A DNA stretch of 55,860 bases, counting the filler, from Sphacelaria rigidula (Eukaryota): assembly GCA_964200075.2 (NCBI GenBank). It is 6 parts of 6 records of this genome, joined end to end, with 100 filler letters (N's around TTAATTAATTAA, not from the genome) between each part and the next. Parts side by side here need not be neighbours in the genome. Positions count along the whole stretch, not along the records: positions 1 to 9,228 come from CAXNAA020008993.1; positions 9,329 to 18,555 come from CAXNAA020008994.1; 4 more parts are not named here. The stretch is one strand, 5' to 3'. This document shows positions 1 through 11,979 of the stretch, in pieces. The notes beneath the pieces were generated by a model that was given only the letters and a program-made list of their open reading frames with translations, was not told where the DNA came from and did no database searches. The translations under genes were made by a program, and so were the position numbers. Every line of letters begins with the position of its first letter. The first letter of the stretch is position 1.

Positions 1-48
1 TCTGAGTGGTGTGTGTTTTGGGTCGGGGTGGGGGGGGGGTGCGTGTGG

Positions 49-110
49 GCGTACTCATTTGTTGCTTGCCTTAGTCATTTGACCATCGACCACGCATCCC
101 TTTCGAGACG
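49..110 (-). mobile_element. Extreme 3' end fragment of LINE family B
   Basis: gcgtactcatttgttgcttgccttagtc...gaccacgcatccctttcgagacg matches the 3' end of the LINE copies at 19545-19590, 25955-26020, 42217-42286 and 45001-45066. Confidence 0.75.
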
Positions 111-685
111 ATCATGGGGGAGGGCGCAAATTATGTATTGGACATAGATCGCATACGTAGATTCTCGGGCGTGCAATCAACCAGCCTGGTAGGAGCCAGT
201 ACGGTTCAGAACCATGAATCGGCGGGAACGGTCCAAGAACCAGAGCCAGTACGGTTCAGTACGAGGTACCAATAGAAACGGTTCGGGAACCAGTGCTGTA
301 GCCAGTGTGATCCAGCCGAGCTAGAACGGCTCCGTGACTCCATATCGTAAGCTCTATAGTTGGCGTTCAGGGCTGAGGCTCAGAGACAAGATTAAGATAG
401 AGCTGTACACCAAGCCAGCGAATGACCTCTGAGGAAACAGTAAACCGACGGCGATGCAGAGCTCCATACGGGTCAGTCGTCTGCTCAAATCATGACATGT
501 CTCGCTATAAACGGTGCACTGCGAAGCAGCGCCCCACGGCCACATAACAGACCTCATAAGTGCACCGTGACGATCGACAACAATTAATTACATCTGCTTG
601 AAAAAATGGACACTTGTCAGAACAACGGTTACTATTCTTGGCTCCTTGCAGTGTTTGCGGGGCAACTGTGCTTATTAGGGGAGGA

Positions 686-858
686 AGAGATAGATGGAGA
701 TATAGCTCTATAGATATATAAAGAGATGGATAGAGATGAAGAGAGACAGACAGAGACAGACAGAGACAGAGACAGACAGAGAAGACAGCCAGAGAAGACA
801 GCCAGACAGGCAGGCAGGTAGGCAGGCAGAGAGAGAGAGCAAGAGAGATAGAGACAGA
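686..858. repeat. Compound GA/GACA/GGCA/GATA microsatellite
   Basis: Simple repeats seen directly; the tract resumes at about 1307-1386 on the other side of the foldback element. Confidence 0.9.
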
Positions 859-1306
859 ACAGCCGATCATGGAAATTGAGGACGGAGCTTTTCATTGAGG
901 GTGAGAACCCGGAGGATTAAAATATTCGTATCTGCACCAAATCTTCGAAATGTGGTTCCACTTCTTCACCTACTGGTAGCTGTTGATAAGTATTACTCGT
1001 AAACGGCATACAATTTCGGATTTCGATAACCGAAATTTTAGGGTCCTAGATGAAAAAACAGTTCCGGGGAATTTCGGCGATCCGACCGGATCACCTGTAT
1101 ACCCCAAAATTGTTTCTTCGTGTAGGACCCCAACACTTCGGCTATCGAAATGCAAATTTGTAGGGCGTGTAGCACTTGTCAATAGCTGCCAGCAGGTGAA
1201 GGATTGGAACCATATTTCGAAGATTTGGTGTAGATACGAAGATTTTAATCCTCCAGGTTCTCATCCTTAATGTAAAGCTCCATCCTCAATTTCGATGATC
1301 GGCTGT
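859..1306. mobile_element. Foldback/MITE-like element, ~448-bp imperfect palindrome
   Basis: Left end acagccgatcatggaaattgaggacggagcttttcattgagggtgagaacccggaggattaaaat pairs with the reverse complement of the right end. Pairing continues to the centre near 1085. The same terminus recurs at 35576-35655. Confidence 0.85.
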
Positions 1307-1583
1307 CACAGAAAAAGAGACAGAGAGAGAGACAGACACAGACACAGACAGAGAGGCAGGCAGGCAGACAGACAGACAGACAGACAAAGGGAAGGACGCG
1401 GTGTGCGATGGGCAAGCCGAGAGAAAATGAGGCCCGCCTTGAACGAGGTCATCAATAAGGCATTTTGGTGCGCAATCTTTTGCGGTTACTGACGCTGTGT
1501 ATGATTTCGGCATTGATTGATGGTGAAGGGGCGTTGAAAACACGGGGGGTACCACTCGAAAACAACACAGAAAAGCATCGCAC

Positions 1584-1730
1584 CTGTTGCTTGGACGCGG
1601 AGTTGGTGATCAGCTTGACACGACTGGCGTACGTGAGGGCGGTCGCCGTTTCGTCTTGGTTGTAGTCCGCGGGCGAGATGTTGACGAACATGAGGGTCTT
1701 CGCGTTTCCACCGAGCGAGTCTTGCATCAG
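1584..1730 (-). CDS. Kinesin motor domain exon (end of motor; kinesin-14/KCBP-like)
   Basis: [49 protein letters not shown]; cag| acceptor and |gtg donor; 147 nt, phase 0-0. Confidence 0.95.
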
Positions 1731-2867
1731 CTGCAAAGTGGTAGAATACACCCAGCAGTAAGTATACACGTGCCCCACGGAGCCTCTGAGATTAGAAAAC
1801 CATTATCGTTTTTAGTCAAGCTCAGGAGCGGCGTGTGGCGGGAAAGACGAAAAAGAAAGCGTTTATCTAGAAATGCTTGTTTATTTGTTGGTCGTCTTTG
1901 AACGCGAACAACGTCGTGGAAAGGTCAAAATAGGGGCGTAGAAGCAACAGTGTTTTTTGTTGCCGCTGGAGGCGGTTCTCTGAGTACGACACCAAGGAAC
2001 AATGAACAACGTTCACTTTGACGTCTGGAAAATCGTATTTAATTGCCAACTCAACGTGCCAGCAAAAAACGTGAGGACATTCTGCTACCATCTGTGAACC
2101 GCAAACTGATTGCGGGCATTTGTTGTGTTCGGAAATCACGATTCTGGAGTATTTAAATGATAAAAGTCGTGTATGGATGAACCGGAAATAATCGCTGCTG
2201 CTGGCCTGCTGGCCGTATTTGCAAAAAAATGGTAATTGGGAAGAACAAGTATATAATCGGGCATTTATCGGATTTATTCGTCAGGTTCGTTGTGCTGGCA
2301 TGACCTAGCAGATGACCCTGACCTCGTGACGATGCCACAACATTAAACGATACGAAATATCTGAAAAGAACCAGTCCCTACCAGAACGCGATAAATGCGC
2401 GCCGCCACCTGGACGGAGGAGATAAGCTACACGAGAGGTCCCGGCCGTGCGCTTGACGTCGTAGGTATCACGTGCTGTATCTGCACTCTAGCCCCGGTGT
2501 ACCCCCGAGGTGTACGGCCGCAGGGTATGCGCGAACGGACGCTTGGAGCGGATCGCATTGCAACAACTCATGGACCAGCTAGGGCAGCGAACTCGAAGAT
2601 GGCAACAATTTCACAACTTTAAACTCCAACAGTCATATAACGTTCATATTCTAGAGAAATATCGTATATATACATTGAGTGTCGTACATTGACTGGTCCC
2701 CTACGAATGCAGCCGTGGTTAGTGGTCTGAAACCCCCCATCCCCCCTGAGAGATCCAAAAATTAGAAAGTGGGTTCATAGCTGTCGAATATATATATATA
2801 CATATATCGTGCACCCTTGTTATATATATACACATAGATGTATACATCCCACGCACAAGTTTTTCAC

Positions 2868-3080
2868 CTGAGTGAGTTTGTTGTTACGGTAAGGGACGAA
2901 CTTCTCCGCCGTCGATAGCGCAGAAATAACGTCCCCTAGAGCCGACAGAGATTTGTTGATACTCTGAGCCTCCTTGAGACGATCGGCTGTGGCGCCCGTC
3001 TTGTCAGCTCTCTCCGATCCCGCCAGATCGACCAGGGAAAGCTTGCCGTTGCTCGTTTTGCGTGTCGCGCTGCTCGTCAC
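2868..3080 (-). CDS. Kinesin motor domain exon (switch II)
   Basis: [13 protein letters not shown]...[15 protein letters not shown]...[14 protein letters not shown] boundaries; 213 nt, phase 0-0. Confidence 0.97.
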
Positions 3081-4541
3081 CTGTTGCGGGGTGACGGAAG
3101 AAACGTCGCCGTACGCGTACAGTCAAATGTTTTGCGCGAGTGATGCGCGGGTGGTTCACGAGTGATGCCTGAGTAAAGGTGAAGACACAGGGGAAGACAG
3201 GAGACGCGCCTACCCTTCCCGGGACAAGTGATCGGCTCCGCCTCGATCTATCTGCCTCGGGTCAGGTCGAATCGGCCTATCGCATCGTTACACTGCTCGA
3301 CGCATGTATTCCGAGACAATCGTCACTGCACAACCCGCGAAGAACGTAGCCCGTGGGCTGGAGGGACAGCCAACAGTAGATCTGCCTGCATACGGTCCCT
3401 CAACATGTGAGGTACTATTTTGCAACACATTGTGTTTCTTCGGGCGCAGAAACTTAGATTTCTCCGCCACAGAGCGACAATGTTCAAGAGGGGCGGGACC
3501 ACCCTCTCAACGGACCAAACGAGTGTTTTCGCTTATTACTGACGAAGGAATTTCGGCGGATTCTGTCCTCAAATATATATAAAACACTTTTTCGCCCGCT
3601 CTGCGGAAAAACGCAATGAAAAGGGCCTGTTTTTTTACGTCAAGCGAAAGATTGCCACAATTTCGGACCGTTTTTTCTGCTTCAAAGGGCAGAAAACGGC
3701 AAGAGTTGAGCATAGTTTCTCGCCATGTTTTAGGACAAACATCGCCTGGACGAGAGCGGAAATACGAAACTAATGCCTACGGTGACGGCCTCCACTAATT
3801 GCTAGTGGGTATATACTTTCCGCAAGTGCTTCCCCGATTCAAACCCCAACCTCGTGATACCAAGCATAAGGAGCGAACCCTATAATGATATTTGAACGTG
3901 GAATGAATTGATTTCACTGCAGAACATGGAAGTCGATCTACCGTCGACGGATCGGTACCCTTAGTCGAATATATAGCCGCGCTAAGTACACGCATACACA
4001 TGCATATATATACTTCGAAGAATATACATAATATACGAAGTATATTCATATAGGCCACAAGTAGGAAAAGGTGAAGGTGGAAATATCCACGCATGCATCA
4101 TGCCTTTTATCGAGTACTAGCTTGTCTTGTGTGCCTAGAAATGGGTTAAATGTGACGGAAGGATTTCCACGCTTTCTGACGCAAGTATCACACAACATTC
4201 CTGCGTTCCCCGATGATCTTAGGCAACGGATACGTTCGCGGTGCCGTATATTCCAAGGTTCGGACGGATAATGATTGACCTGAGAATAACTAGTTTGCAG
4301 TGCAATTGGTACGTCCCGCATGAATCGACCCTTAGGGGGCGATCGTCGGCGTTACACCCCAGGTAAGGGCAACCCAATCACGTGGGATAGCGCAAAAATT
4401 GTCTAGAGACTTTTTGGACGCGTGGTCAGCTTCCCCCCTTCCCTCCTCTTCCAGCAATCAAGCTTCGTATATGGTAGATTTAGTTATTCGAATCAGCGAT
4501 GGTTCGTCCGACTGTCGGTATATTCGATATCGTCACAGTAC

Positions 4542-4667
4542 CTCCAGTATGATGCCGAAGATGGAGTGCGACCGGCTCGACTCCGCGTTCATCTTTGTTC
4601 CGCTGACCTTGCGTTGGATGTTGCCTTGGGTGAACAATGTCGACAGCTCTTGAGCGCTGTCGGCTTC
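4542..4667 (-). CDS. Kinesin motor domain exon (switch I)
   Basis: EADSAQELSTLFTQGNIQRKVSGTKMNAESSRSHSIFGIILE with NxxSSRSH; 126 nt, phase 0-0; splices in frame to 3080. Confidence 0.96.
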
Positions 4668-4755
4668 CTGATTCAAGCGATTAGTGCGGGCGCTCGAATG
4701 AGACTCGCGATAGTACGGTCGTGCATATATATATATATATAATATGTATACGTAC

Positions 4756-4845
4756 TGTGACGGTTTGAGAGACAACCAACTAGACTACTGACGAGTCAGC
4801 GCTGACTGATCAGTAGTCTAGTTGGTAGTCTCTTAAACCGTCACA
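4756..4845. repeat. 90-bp near-perfect inverted repeat (hairpin) in kinesin intron
   Basis: Arms tgtgacggtttgagagacaaccaactagactactgacgagtcagc and gctgactgatcagtagtctagttggtagtctcttaaaccgtcaca: 45 bp each, 4 mismatches, no spacer. Confidence 0.92.
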
Positions 4846-5774
4846 AGCCGCTTCATAGCGCGGTACGGAGACGATGTCAAACATGTTGCAGTGGATCGTG
4901 CTTGAATCTCATATCTATCCATGAACGTGGCTTCTCACGGCGGGGAATTGCTCTTCAATTACCCATTATACTGCAAAATACACATATAAAGCACAGCTTT
5001 CACAGCTGCAGCCCAAACATCAAACTCAGTCGGTTAGCACTAATCGCTGCGCTAACGCTGTGGACTCGCATCTTCAGGTGGCGTAGGATAAGCACGGCAG
5101 GCAGCGATTTCAAGCACACACGGGAATGACCGAGGACCAGTTCGTTCCGATTCACATTCTCAGACAGCAAAATGCGTCATCACATCCGGGGTTATTAATT
5201 GGGGCGAATCGACAATTTTTCGCATGTGGGGACCGAAACATCATACTGGCTGATGCTCCCTTGGACACTTTCTGCGATAGCCCCCCCCAAAAAACCAGCT
5301 CGAAAGTGTCACGAAAAAAATGGCCATACAGCGCCTGANNNNNNNTTGTGCTCGGCTTCTCCCATTTCGATTTACGTGAAGATTTTGCCTCCCAAAATCA
5401 TGCACTTTTGGGGGGGGGGGGGTATCGTAGAAAGCGTCCTTGGGAAAAGCGCATTTCGGAGAATCGCAAGAGGAGTTCCAATTTTACAAAGTGAAGATGG
5501 TTTCTGCTGCCGGTCAAAATTCGACTCAGAGGTATTTTGCGACTCCGACTTTGCGTCGTGATTTTCGCGTCGTAATATACTTGCGATCGAATCCTTGCGA
5601 TATTTTTTTGCGTCGTGATTCTTGCGATCGGATCCTTGCGATAGTTTTTTTGCTAGACGTTCCCAGTCTAAAACCCTCATCGATTTCGTTTTTTGGGGAT
5701 AACTTCGTCAAACGGACACCACGCGCATCCTGCCCCAAGGGGCACCTGGACACACAGAAGTTGCTGCTGCCTAC

Positions 5775-8700
5775 TTAGTATCATCCTCCAAATCGAAGTC
5801 TTGCTGTTGGTGATGAACTTGTCACCCTGCATGATGTCGGTTGCCTTGCAGAAAAGCTTGAGGAGTTCGACGACGGCGCGCGTGTTCGCCCAGTCCGCGT
5901 CGGTGTAGAAGATATTGAGCTTTCGCTCCGTGGTGAGGGTGTCGCAGAGTTGCTGGATGCAGAGCTTGTATTCGTTGATTACGCGCGCTTGCTCGTAGTT
6001 GGAGTTCCAGCGTGTGTTGCACAGTGGGTGGGGATCTCCTTCTGTGGCTTGGATGCCGCCTGAAATAGTCAGAAGGCCAGGAGCGGGAACACAGGACAGC
6101 ACCATCAGCACCATCATGGAAGGTCAAGCAATGTAAGGGAGCGTAAGATGCGACGAAACATAGTGATCAGCAGCGTGCAGCACGACACCTGTCTTCCAAC
6201 CCCTGGCGTTCGCATCACGCACAAAAATACTTCTAGTTGTATGAATGTAAAATGTTGGAATGCTTGGGGTAAATGCAGACGACAAAGCTTGTTTGTAGTT
6301 CAGGGTGTCCATTACAATGCGTGGTGCGCCTGCTCGGCAGAAAATGTGCAAGTGGTGGTAGTTCATCTTTCCCTCGGGTGTCTACGAGACAAAAACACTA
6401 ACACGTACCTGTCGAATCGCGGCCAACTTCTCCGAAGACGACGTAGACGAGTTGAGGTGGTTGGTTGGTCAGCTTGTTGTGCTTGGCAAAGGTCGCCTTG
6501 ACGCTCGGCTGGTTGAGTATCTTGAGGGTGCACAACTGAAGCAGGTGGCAAGTGGACGGAATCCACTCCTGGGCGAGGAGCTTCGTGGCGGCCTTCTCAA
6601 TGTTCGCCGCAGTGTCCGTCGTCAAGGCGACGGCGGTATCCATGATGCCGTACGCCTCCACCACCTCGGTGACTTTCTCGGCGAGGCGCTCGGCTGTGTG
6701 GCTACCCCGGAACTCGACGTATGGAAGGGTCGTCGACACGAGCTCGGGGTGATCCTCAGGAATCCAGTGTCCCGTCACGGCCATGAACGGAACCTATCAG
6801 TAGGAGGGTTCAGAGCGAGAGTTGCGGGCGGGAACATCATACAGCAGACGGAGTGGAAGAGAGGGCGTTGGGTCACACAGGAGCACGATATTGAAGTATG
6901 AAGGGAAACAGCCCGAGTGGGAGGGGAGCAGACGTCTGTATCTACGGATGGTGGACCCTAAACATGCGCGAGGCCAGAGGTTCGCACCGAAAAAGGAATA
7001 AAAAGTCATGTACAAGTGTTCTGCATACATGAATGGACAAGCACTTGGGAAACATCGTCAGTGAAATTTCCACACGTCGGACGAGTGATTACTCGTCGAA
7101 ACGATTGCACTCGTGGACGTGTTTTCGAACACACAACGAGTATGACTCGTGTGCTCGAGTCATTACACTTTTTTACAACAAACAACGACTCGAGTGCTCA
7201 CCCCATTAATTTTATCCACAAGGCGCAATGAACGACTCGAGTTCTCGCCTCATTAATTTCATCCACAAGGCGCAATGACTCGAGTACTCCCCCTACTGAT
7301 ATTTTCCACAAGGAGCAACGAACGACTCGAGTGCTCGCCCCATTAAATGTTTCCACAAAGAGCAATGACTCGAGTACTCCCCCTGCTGATTTTCTCCACA
7401 ACGAGCAATGACTCCAGTGCTCGCCCTAGTATTTTTTTCCACAGCGAGCGATGACTCGAGTATTCGCTCTATTGATTTTACGCCCAACGAGCAGCCAAAC
7501 GAGTGCGGGTGCCACGAGTCACAATTGTGCTCGTCCGACGAGTGGCAATTTCCCGATGTCGGCTTGGCTGGGGTGAGGTGGGCACATGACAGATGCAGCC
7601 TAAGCGTTCCGATAAAAGAAACAGGGACACAGGCCAGCCGCCGACCTGCCCCTTCAGGCTGGATGCACATCAGAATCATAGCTGTGGATACGTTCGGTCC
7701 TGGCCGACATGACTTACCCCGCTGTTGGAAGTCCAGATGTCCGTCGTGAGAGCCGGGTGTTTCCCCCGCAGCTGGTCCCGGAGATCCTCGTCCGCAGATG
7801 TCGCCATTGTGCACACGCGTTTCTAAACGGTGTTGCGAGAAGGGAGCTTGAGACTGGCGTCGTTGGCAGCAACTCGAACCAAGTTCTCGAGAGAGGGCGC
7901 GTCTTGTTGGGTCAGAGATGTCGGCCTGAAACGGGTACAAACATGAGGGAAAACGAGATCGCAAGTAGGGTCAACTATTTGGTGGGAGGTTGGAAAGAAA
8001 ATATGCAGTGCACGAACCAACGACAAAACCGCCGGGAAGTTTGTTTCGCCCTTTCTTAACATGTGTACACCTCCTTTGCACAAGAAAAAACATTTCGGCA
8101 CGGTTCACTATTAAAAAAATTAAAAGCAAAGTAGGCGCCATGCGCCGCAAAGGCAGGCAAACCACAAAAATCCACGCACTCGCTCAACAATGCCCGTCGG
8201 TGCTCATTTCGAAACAAAGCAAAACAAGTAAGTATTTCAAAACCACACTGAGACGCCGATAAAACAAAAATGATGATTGCAACAAGCTCAAGGGTACGTA
8301 CCGTGCCCCATACCATGCATCATGCACACAATCACGAGAACAACACACCTGCTCAACAGCAACATTATGTTGCTTGGCGCTCCCAATTAAAAAAATTACG
8401 AAGACAATGCTACTCTGTTCGTATAAAACCATTGGTGCGTTTGGTGTTTAATTTGGAGTAGATGGAATGATCGTTTGAGGTGTGGCTGTCTTTACTTTTC
8501 CTTTCATTTCCGGTGTGGATCGAAGGTCACAGAATAGGCACGTACATCTCTCTCGCACGCCCTCACACGCACACACGACTGCCCACCTGTTCAACACTCA
8601 ACACCCAGCACACCAGTACACAGCACGCAGCACAACACAGCACGTCTGCAAGTTTTTCAAAAACACACACTTGAATTCATAGGGGGAACACCCGTTGCTT

Positions 8701-9160
8701 CCAATTTTGAAATTTGAAAAAATAATGAGGTTCCAGACAGGAACAGCCACTGCAACGAGTGAAAACAAAACTCACTCGAACTTGAGCTGCGTCCCCGCCT
8801 TTGGGTTTTCCAGTGACGCCTTGCGCCGCTGCTGTTCTTCGAATAGGTCATTGTGATGCTTCCGCGTGTGCCAGTCGAGGTTGGTCGTATTTCCTGAGCA
8901 AGGGACGACCATCCGGCAGCTTGCGACCGGGCAAAGAGCCGACCTCTTGTCGAGGGAGCGCCTCCAATTCCCGTACTTGAGGACATAGGCTTTGAGTAAA
9001 GGGTTGAGTGGGAAGTTTGCGGGATCCCCTCGCTCCCTGGATATACCCTCTTCTTCATGTTGGTTTCCTCTAATCGGAAATGCGGACACTGGGGAACCCG
9101 CTGGAGCAGCGGCAGCAGCAGCAGGCTCACATGCGGGTACAGTGGCGACCGCTGGAGATA

Positions 9161-9194
<34 letters not shown>

Positions 9195-9228
9195 CTAAGC
9201 AGAAACATCAACTGCAGAGTCTGCACTG
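5775..9228 (-). pseudogene. Degenerate intron-containing hAT transposase with BED zinc finger
   Basis: Exon ~8776-9228: poly-Ala plus BED finger (CPVASC...GNTTNLDWHTRKHH). Exon 7718-7925: RPTS...LPSRNTV*...LTTDIWTSNSG. Exon 6409-6793: VPFMAVTGHW...FRGSHTAERL...LTTDTAANI...TCHLLQL. Exon from 6059: CATRWNSNY...FCKATDIMQGDKF. GT-AG junctions, in-frame stops and frameshifts near 6015 and 6465. Confidence 0.9.
7052..7559. mobile_element. MITE-like insertion with internal 43/47-bp tandem array
   Basis: Imperfect TIRs acatcg...gaaatt(t/g)ccac(a/t)cgtcggacgag. About 8 gactcgagt-headed units start at 7144, 7187, 7234, 7277, 7324, 7367, 7410 and 7453. Confidence 0.7.
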
Positions 9229-9328
9229 NNNNNNNNNNNNNNNNNNNNNNNNNNNNNNNNNNNNNNNNNNNNTTAATTAATTAANNNNNNNNNNNNNNNN
9301 NNNNNNNNNNNNNNNNNNNNNNNNNNNN
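9229..9328. other. Artificial contig-joining spacer
   Basis: 44 N + TTAATTAATTAA (stops in all six frames) + 44 N, exactly 100 bp. Confidence 0.98.
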
Positions 9329-9349
9329 CCCCCCCCCCCCCCCCCGCGG

Positions 9350-9850
9350 GATTGGTATCGGTTGGTAAAGGCGCTGTGAATCGTGCCACTTACTGCGTAA
9401 GCTAGGCAACCAGGTTACCGATTTTCTTGCGCGCTTGCGTTTTTTTGGCGATAACTGGCGTGGGAGAACCTCAACTCCGCACAATGAGAATGGTCGTGCT
9501 GCGTGGTGTTCAAATGGTGAGACACCCATGAGGCAGTTCATATCCCGTGGCTGTCTCTGGAAGTGGCGATACCAGAAAATGAAGCAACTCATTGTAGGCT
9601 ATCATCTAAATGCAGGATAATCAGTACGCTTCGGGCCGAACGATCTTAGCAGGAGGCAGCTCACCCGTCATGCGACTCCCCGATCACACCACCGCGCTTC
9701 GCGCTTGGTGACTGAGTGCGAGCCTGGTCCGGCGAAAACCNNNNNNNNNNTCCCGGCTTTGTAGGGATGCGAGGTCAACGTTCATAAGACTATGGCATGC
9801 AAGATCATCAGTACACCCGAGGGGCCGCAAAGAATCGGTGAGGAGCACAC
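9350..9850. repeat. Dispersed non-coding repeat (SINE-like or unclassified)
   Basis: 9350-9690 is homologous to 18190-18555 (ggcgtgggagaacctcaactccgcac...ctctggaagtggcgataccagaaaatgaagc). 9715-9850 is homologous to 45085-45215 and 18118-18170. Confidence 0.8.
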
Positions 9851-10015
9851 ACACACACTTCCGGCGCAACTGAGTTTACTTCACGACTTTCTCATACCTT
9901 CGATGGGGGTCGTTTGCCGAGGTACAGTCAATTTGATTCTCTGCAATCTCTTGCATACCTTCTCTCTGCCGCGCTCTTGAAGTACAGGGTTTAGGGTTGG
10001 GGTTGGGGTACTTAC

Positions 10016-10101
10016 CTGACTCTTCGAAGGACTTCGTCGAGCACGTCCAGGGGGAAGTGCCACGCCTTCACGGAGAAGTCGAATACCGCGTCCGCCATAC
10101 T
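10016..10101 (-). CDS. Isolated exon, probable HARP-domain segment (SMARCAL1-like)
   Basis: cag| acceptor and |gtaagt donor. SMADAVFDFSVKAWHFPLDVLDEVLRRV resembles the HARP pattern (Y/F)D...K.W.F.L..Y..L, judged by eye only. Confidence 0.45.
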
Positions 10102-11979
10102 CTGAGCGTGCACGATAACAACACACACGCCGAAAAAGAGAAACGAAAAAAATGGGCCTTGAAGCAAAAACTGTGCAGAGCAAGAGCTGTATGTGCGAGA
10201 GGGTTTTCAAGAATCGTCATCCCAGCTTCGTTGTCCAAGCCCGGGGCATCTTCTTGACGCTGCTGCGACCACGAAATCACCGGTTTGCACGACATCGTGG
10301 GCCACCCCACCAACCTCACATCCCGTTGTGGAACAGGGTGTTGTTAGTATGCCTCCTGTAAATGTCTTTCAGAGCTTCCAAACCTCCAAGTATAGTGGGT
10401 ACGAGAACAGGGATCCGGTGCTTGTTCTGTTGAAACGCTAATGGGCTGTGGTTCACTCTCTCAAACCTAGTATATGATGAAGTACAATACCCTACTGTAT
10501 TTCCCAACATGCTGATTCTCGGTGAGATGAAAAACTTTGCGTCTCCGGTCAAAGGACGGCGAAGGCTGCTACCCCAATCTGCCGCAGCGCTTAGTGACGT
10601 GAGCGATAGTGCCATGCCAACGGCTTAGGGCTTACGGGAGTTCGGAAGATCGTACGGTGGAATGCCACCGCCTTCCTGTGAAGTTCCACAAGCTAACGCA
10701 TGACGTATGTGGTCGTTCATGACGTGCATGCGCTCGATAGCTTCACTTGCTCCAATTCATGATTGGCGCATTTTAGTCTCACTTTGGAGTATAAACAGAA
10801 ACACTGACTTCGAAGCGTAAACCACGCTCATTGGTGCCGTTCACACTTTTACTGCACTACGTGCATCTTGATTCACTTCCCGGCCTGACGATATCTACTG
10901 ACTTGGTCGCAGCTGCGGAGGTGGGCGGTTAATCCTCACTACCCTGTTAACCGGCACTGTACTTGTACGGTCCGTTTCCCTGCTTTTCAACGCTGTCTAC
11001 TGTATTGCACATCGAGACTTCACCGTACGGCGCAACTTTGCGTCATGGTCAACACTTCGTATCGCGTTTTTCCGTCATACTTTCAAACGTTGCACACGTA
11101 GGACTACTCAACCCACCTTATTCGACTTGACTCATATCAGTATGCGATTAAGTTCTACCCGTACACCTTTGTGGTACCTTCTTGCACTGGATGAGGTAAT
11201 ACGGCATAACTCAGCGGTACTAATTTCCACTGGCTGAGTCTAATGGTGGATATCAGCAGGGCCTATTGGCACTGGATTGTGGAGACCACATATGTATGAG
11301 CGTAATGAACATCCAAAAACGCATGTATGCCGGAGAAACAGTCCCGGGAACGGACTCCGCTAGTGACACACATGGGCGGGCTCGAAACGTTCAAACCTGT
11401 AAAACTGGATCTTTGGCAAACCTAGGCAACAAGGTCTCGGGTATAAAGAGCTCAGAACAACAAGAGTCAGTGCAAGAATCCTGGTTGAACGGGACCGGCA
11501 CAGCCGCACCTACCCGTTCACTCGTTCTTCTAGCCTACCCTAGGCCACGGCCGCATCCTTGCCTGAACGTCAAGGAGAAAATCACGCCTCGCTTTGGAGA
11601 TCCTTCGGCAGCAGGGCACGACAACACTCTACTGCCTCACCCCGAGCGAAGCTTGTTTCACGGGATGAGTTATACGGTACACTGATTTTCACTTGCTGAG
11701 TTACATGGTAGATATCAGCAGTACCTCTTCTCACTGACTGAGGCACATGCTAAACCTTAGCGATAGTGAAATCTTAGGTTTCACGTACAACTACTTCAAG
11801 GTACGTAAACTGTAGGTTTGTTCACTCACGTGTGTGGGCAGACAGTCACGTTGTTCCACTCGAAGTAGCTAATATTGACCTCTGTCATCTGCATGCTTCC
11901 GCTTCGAGTGAGGTATGAATGTACCTCATGAACTTGACTACCGGGTGAGTTACGCTCTGTCTATGGATTGTACTTTCAG

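Noticed and set aside
505-895. Hydrophobic membrane-like ORFs
   Set aside because: Translations of a microsatellite
7144-7495. CRISPR-like array
   Set aside because: Plain tandem units without unique spacers, inside a MITE
9057-9228. Poly-Gln or poly-Ser protein from the CAG tract
   Set aside because: Better explained as poly-Ala on the minus strand, in frame with the hAT BED exon
9273-9284. TTAATTAATTAA as a biological palindrome or piggyBac target
   Set aside because: Identical in all five N-flanked 100-bp spacers, so it is an assembly linker
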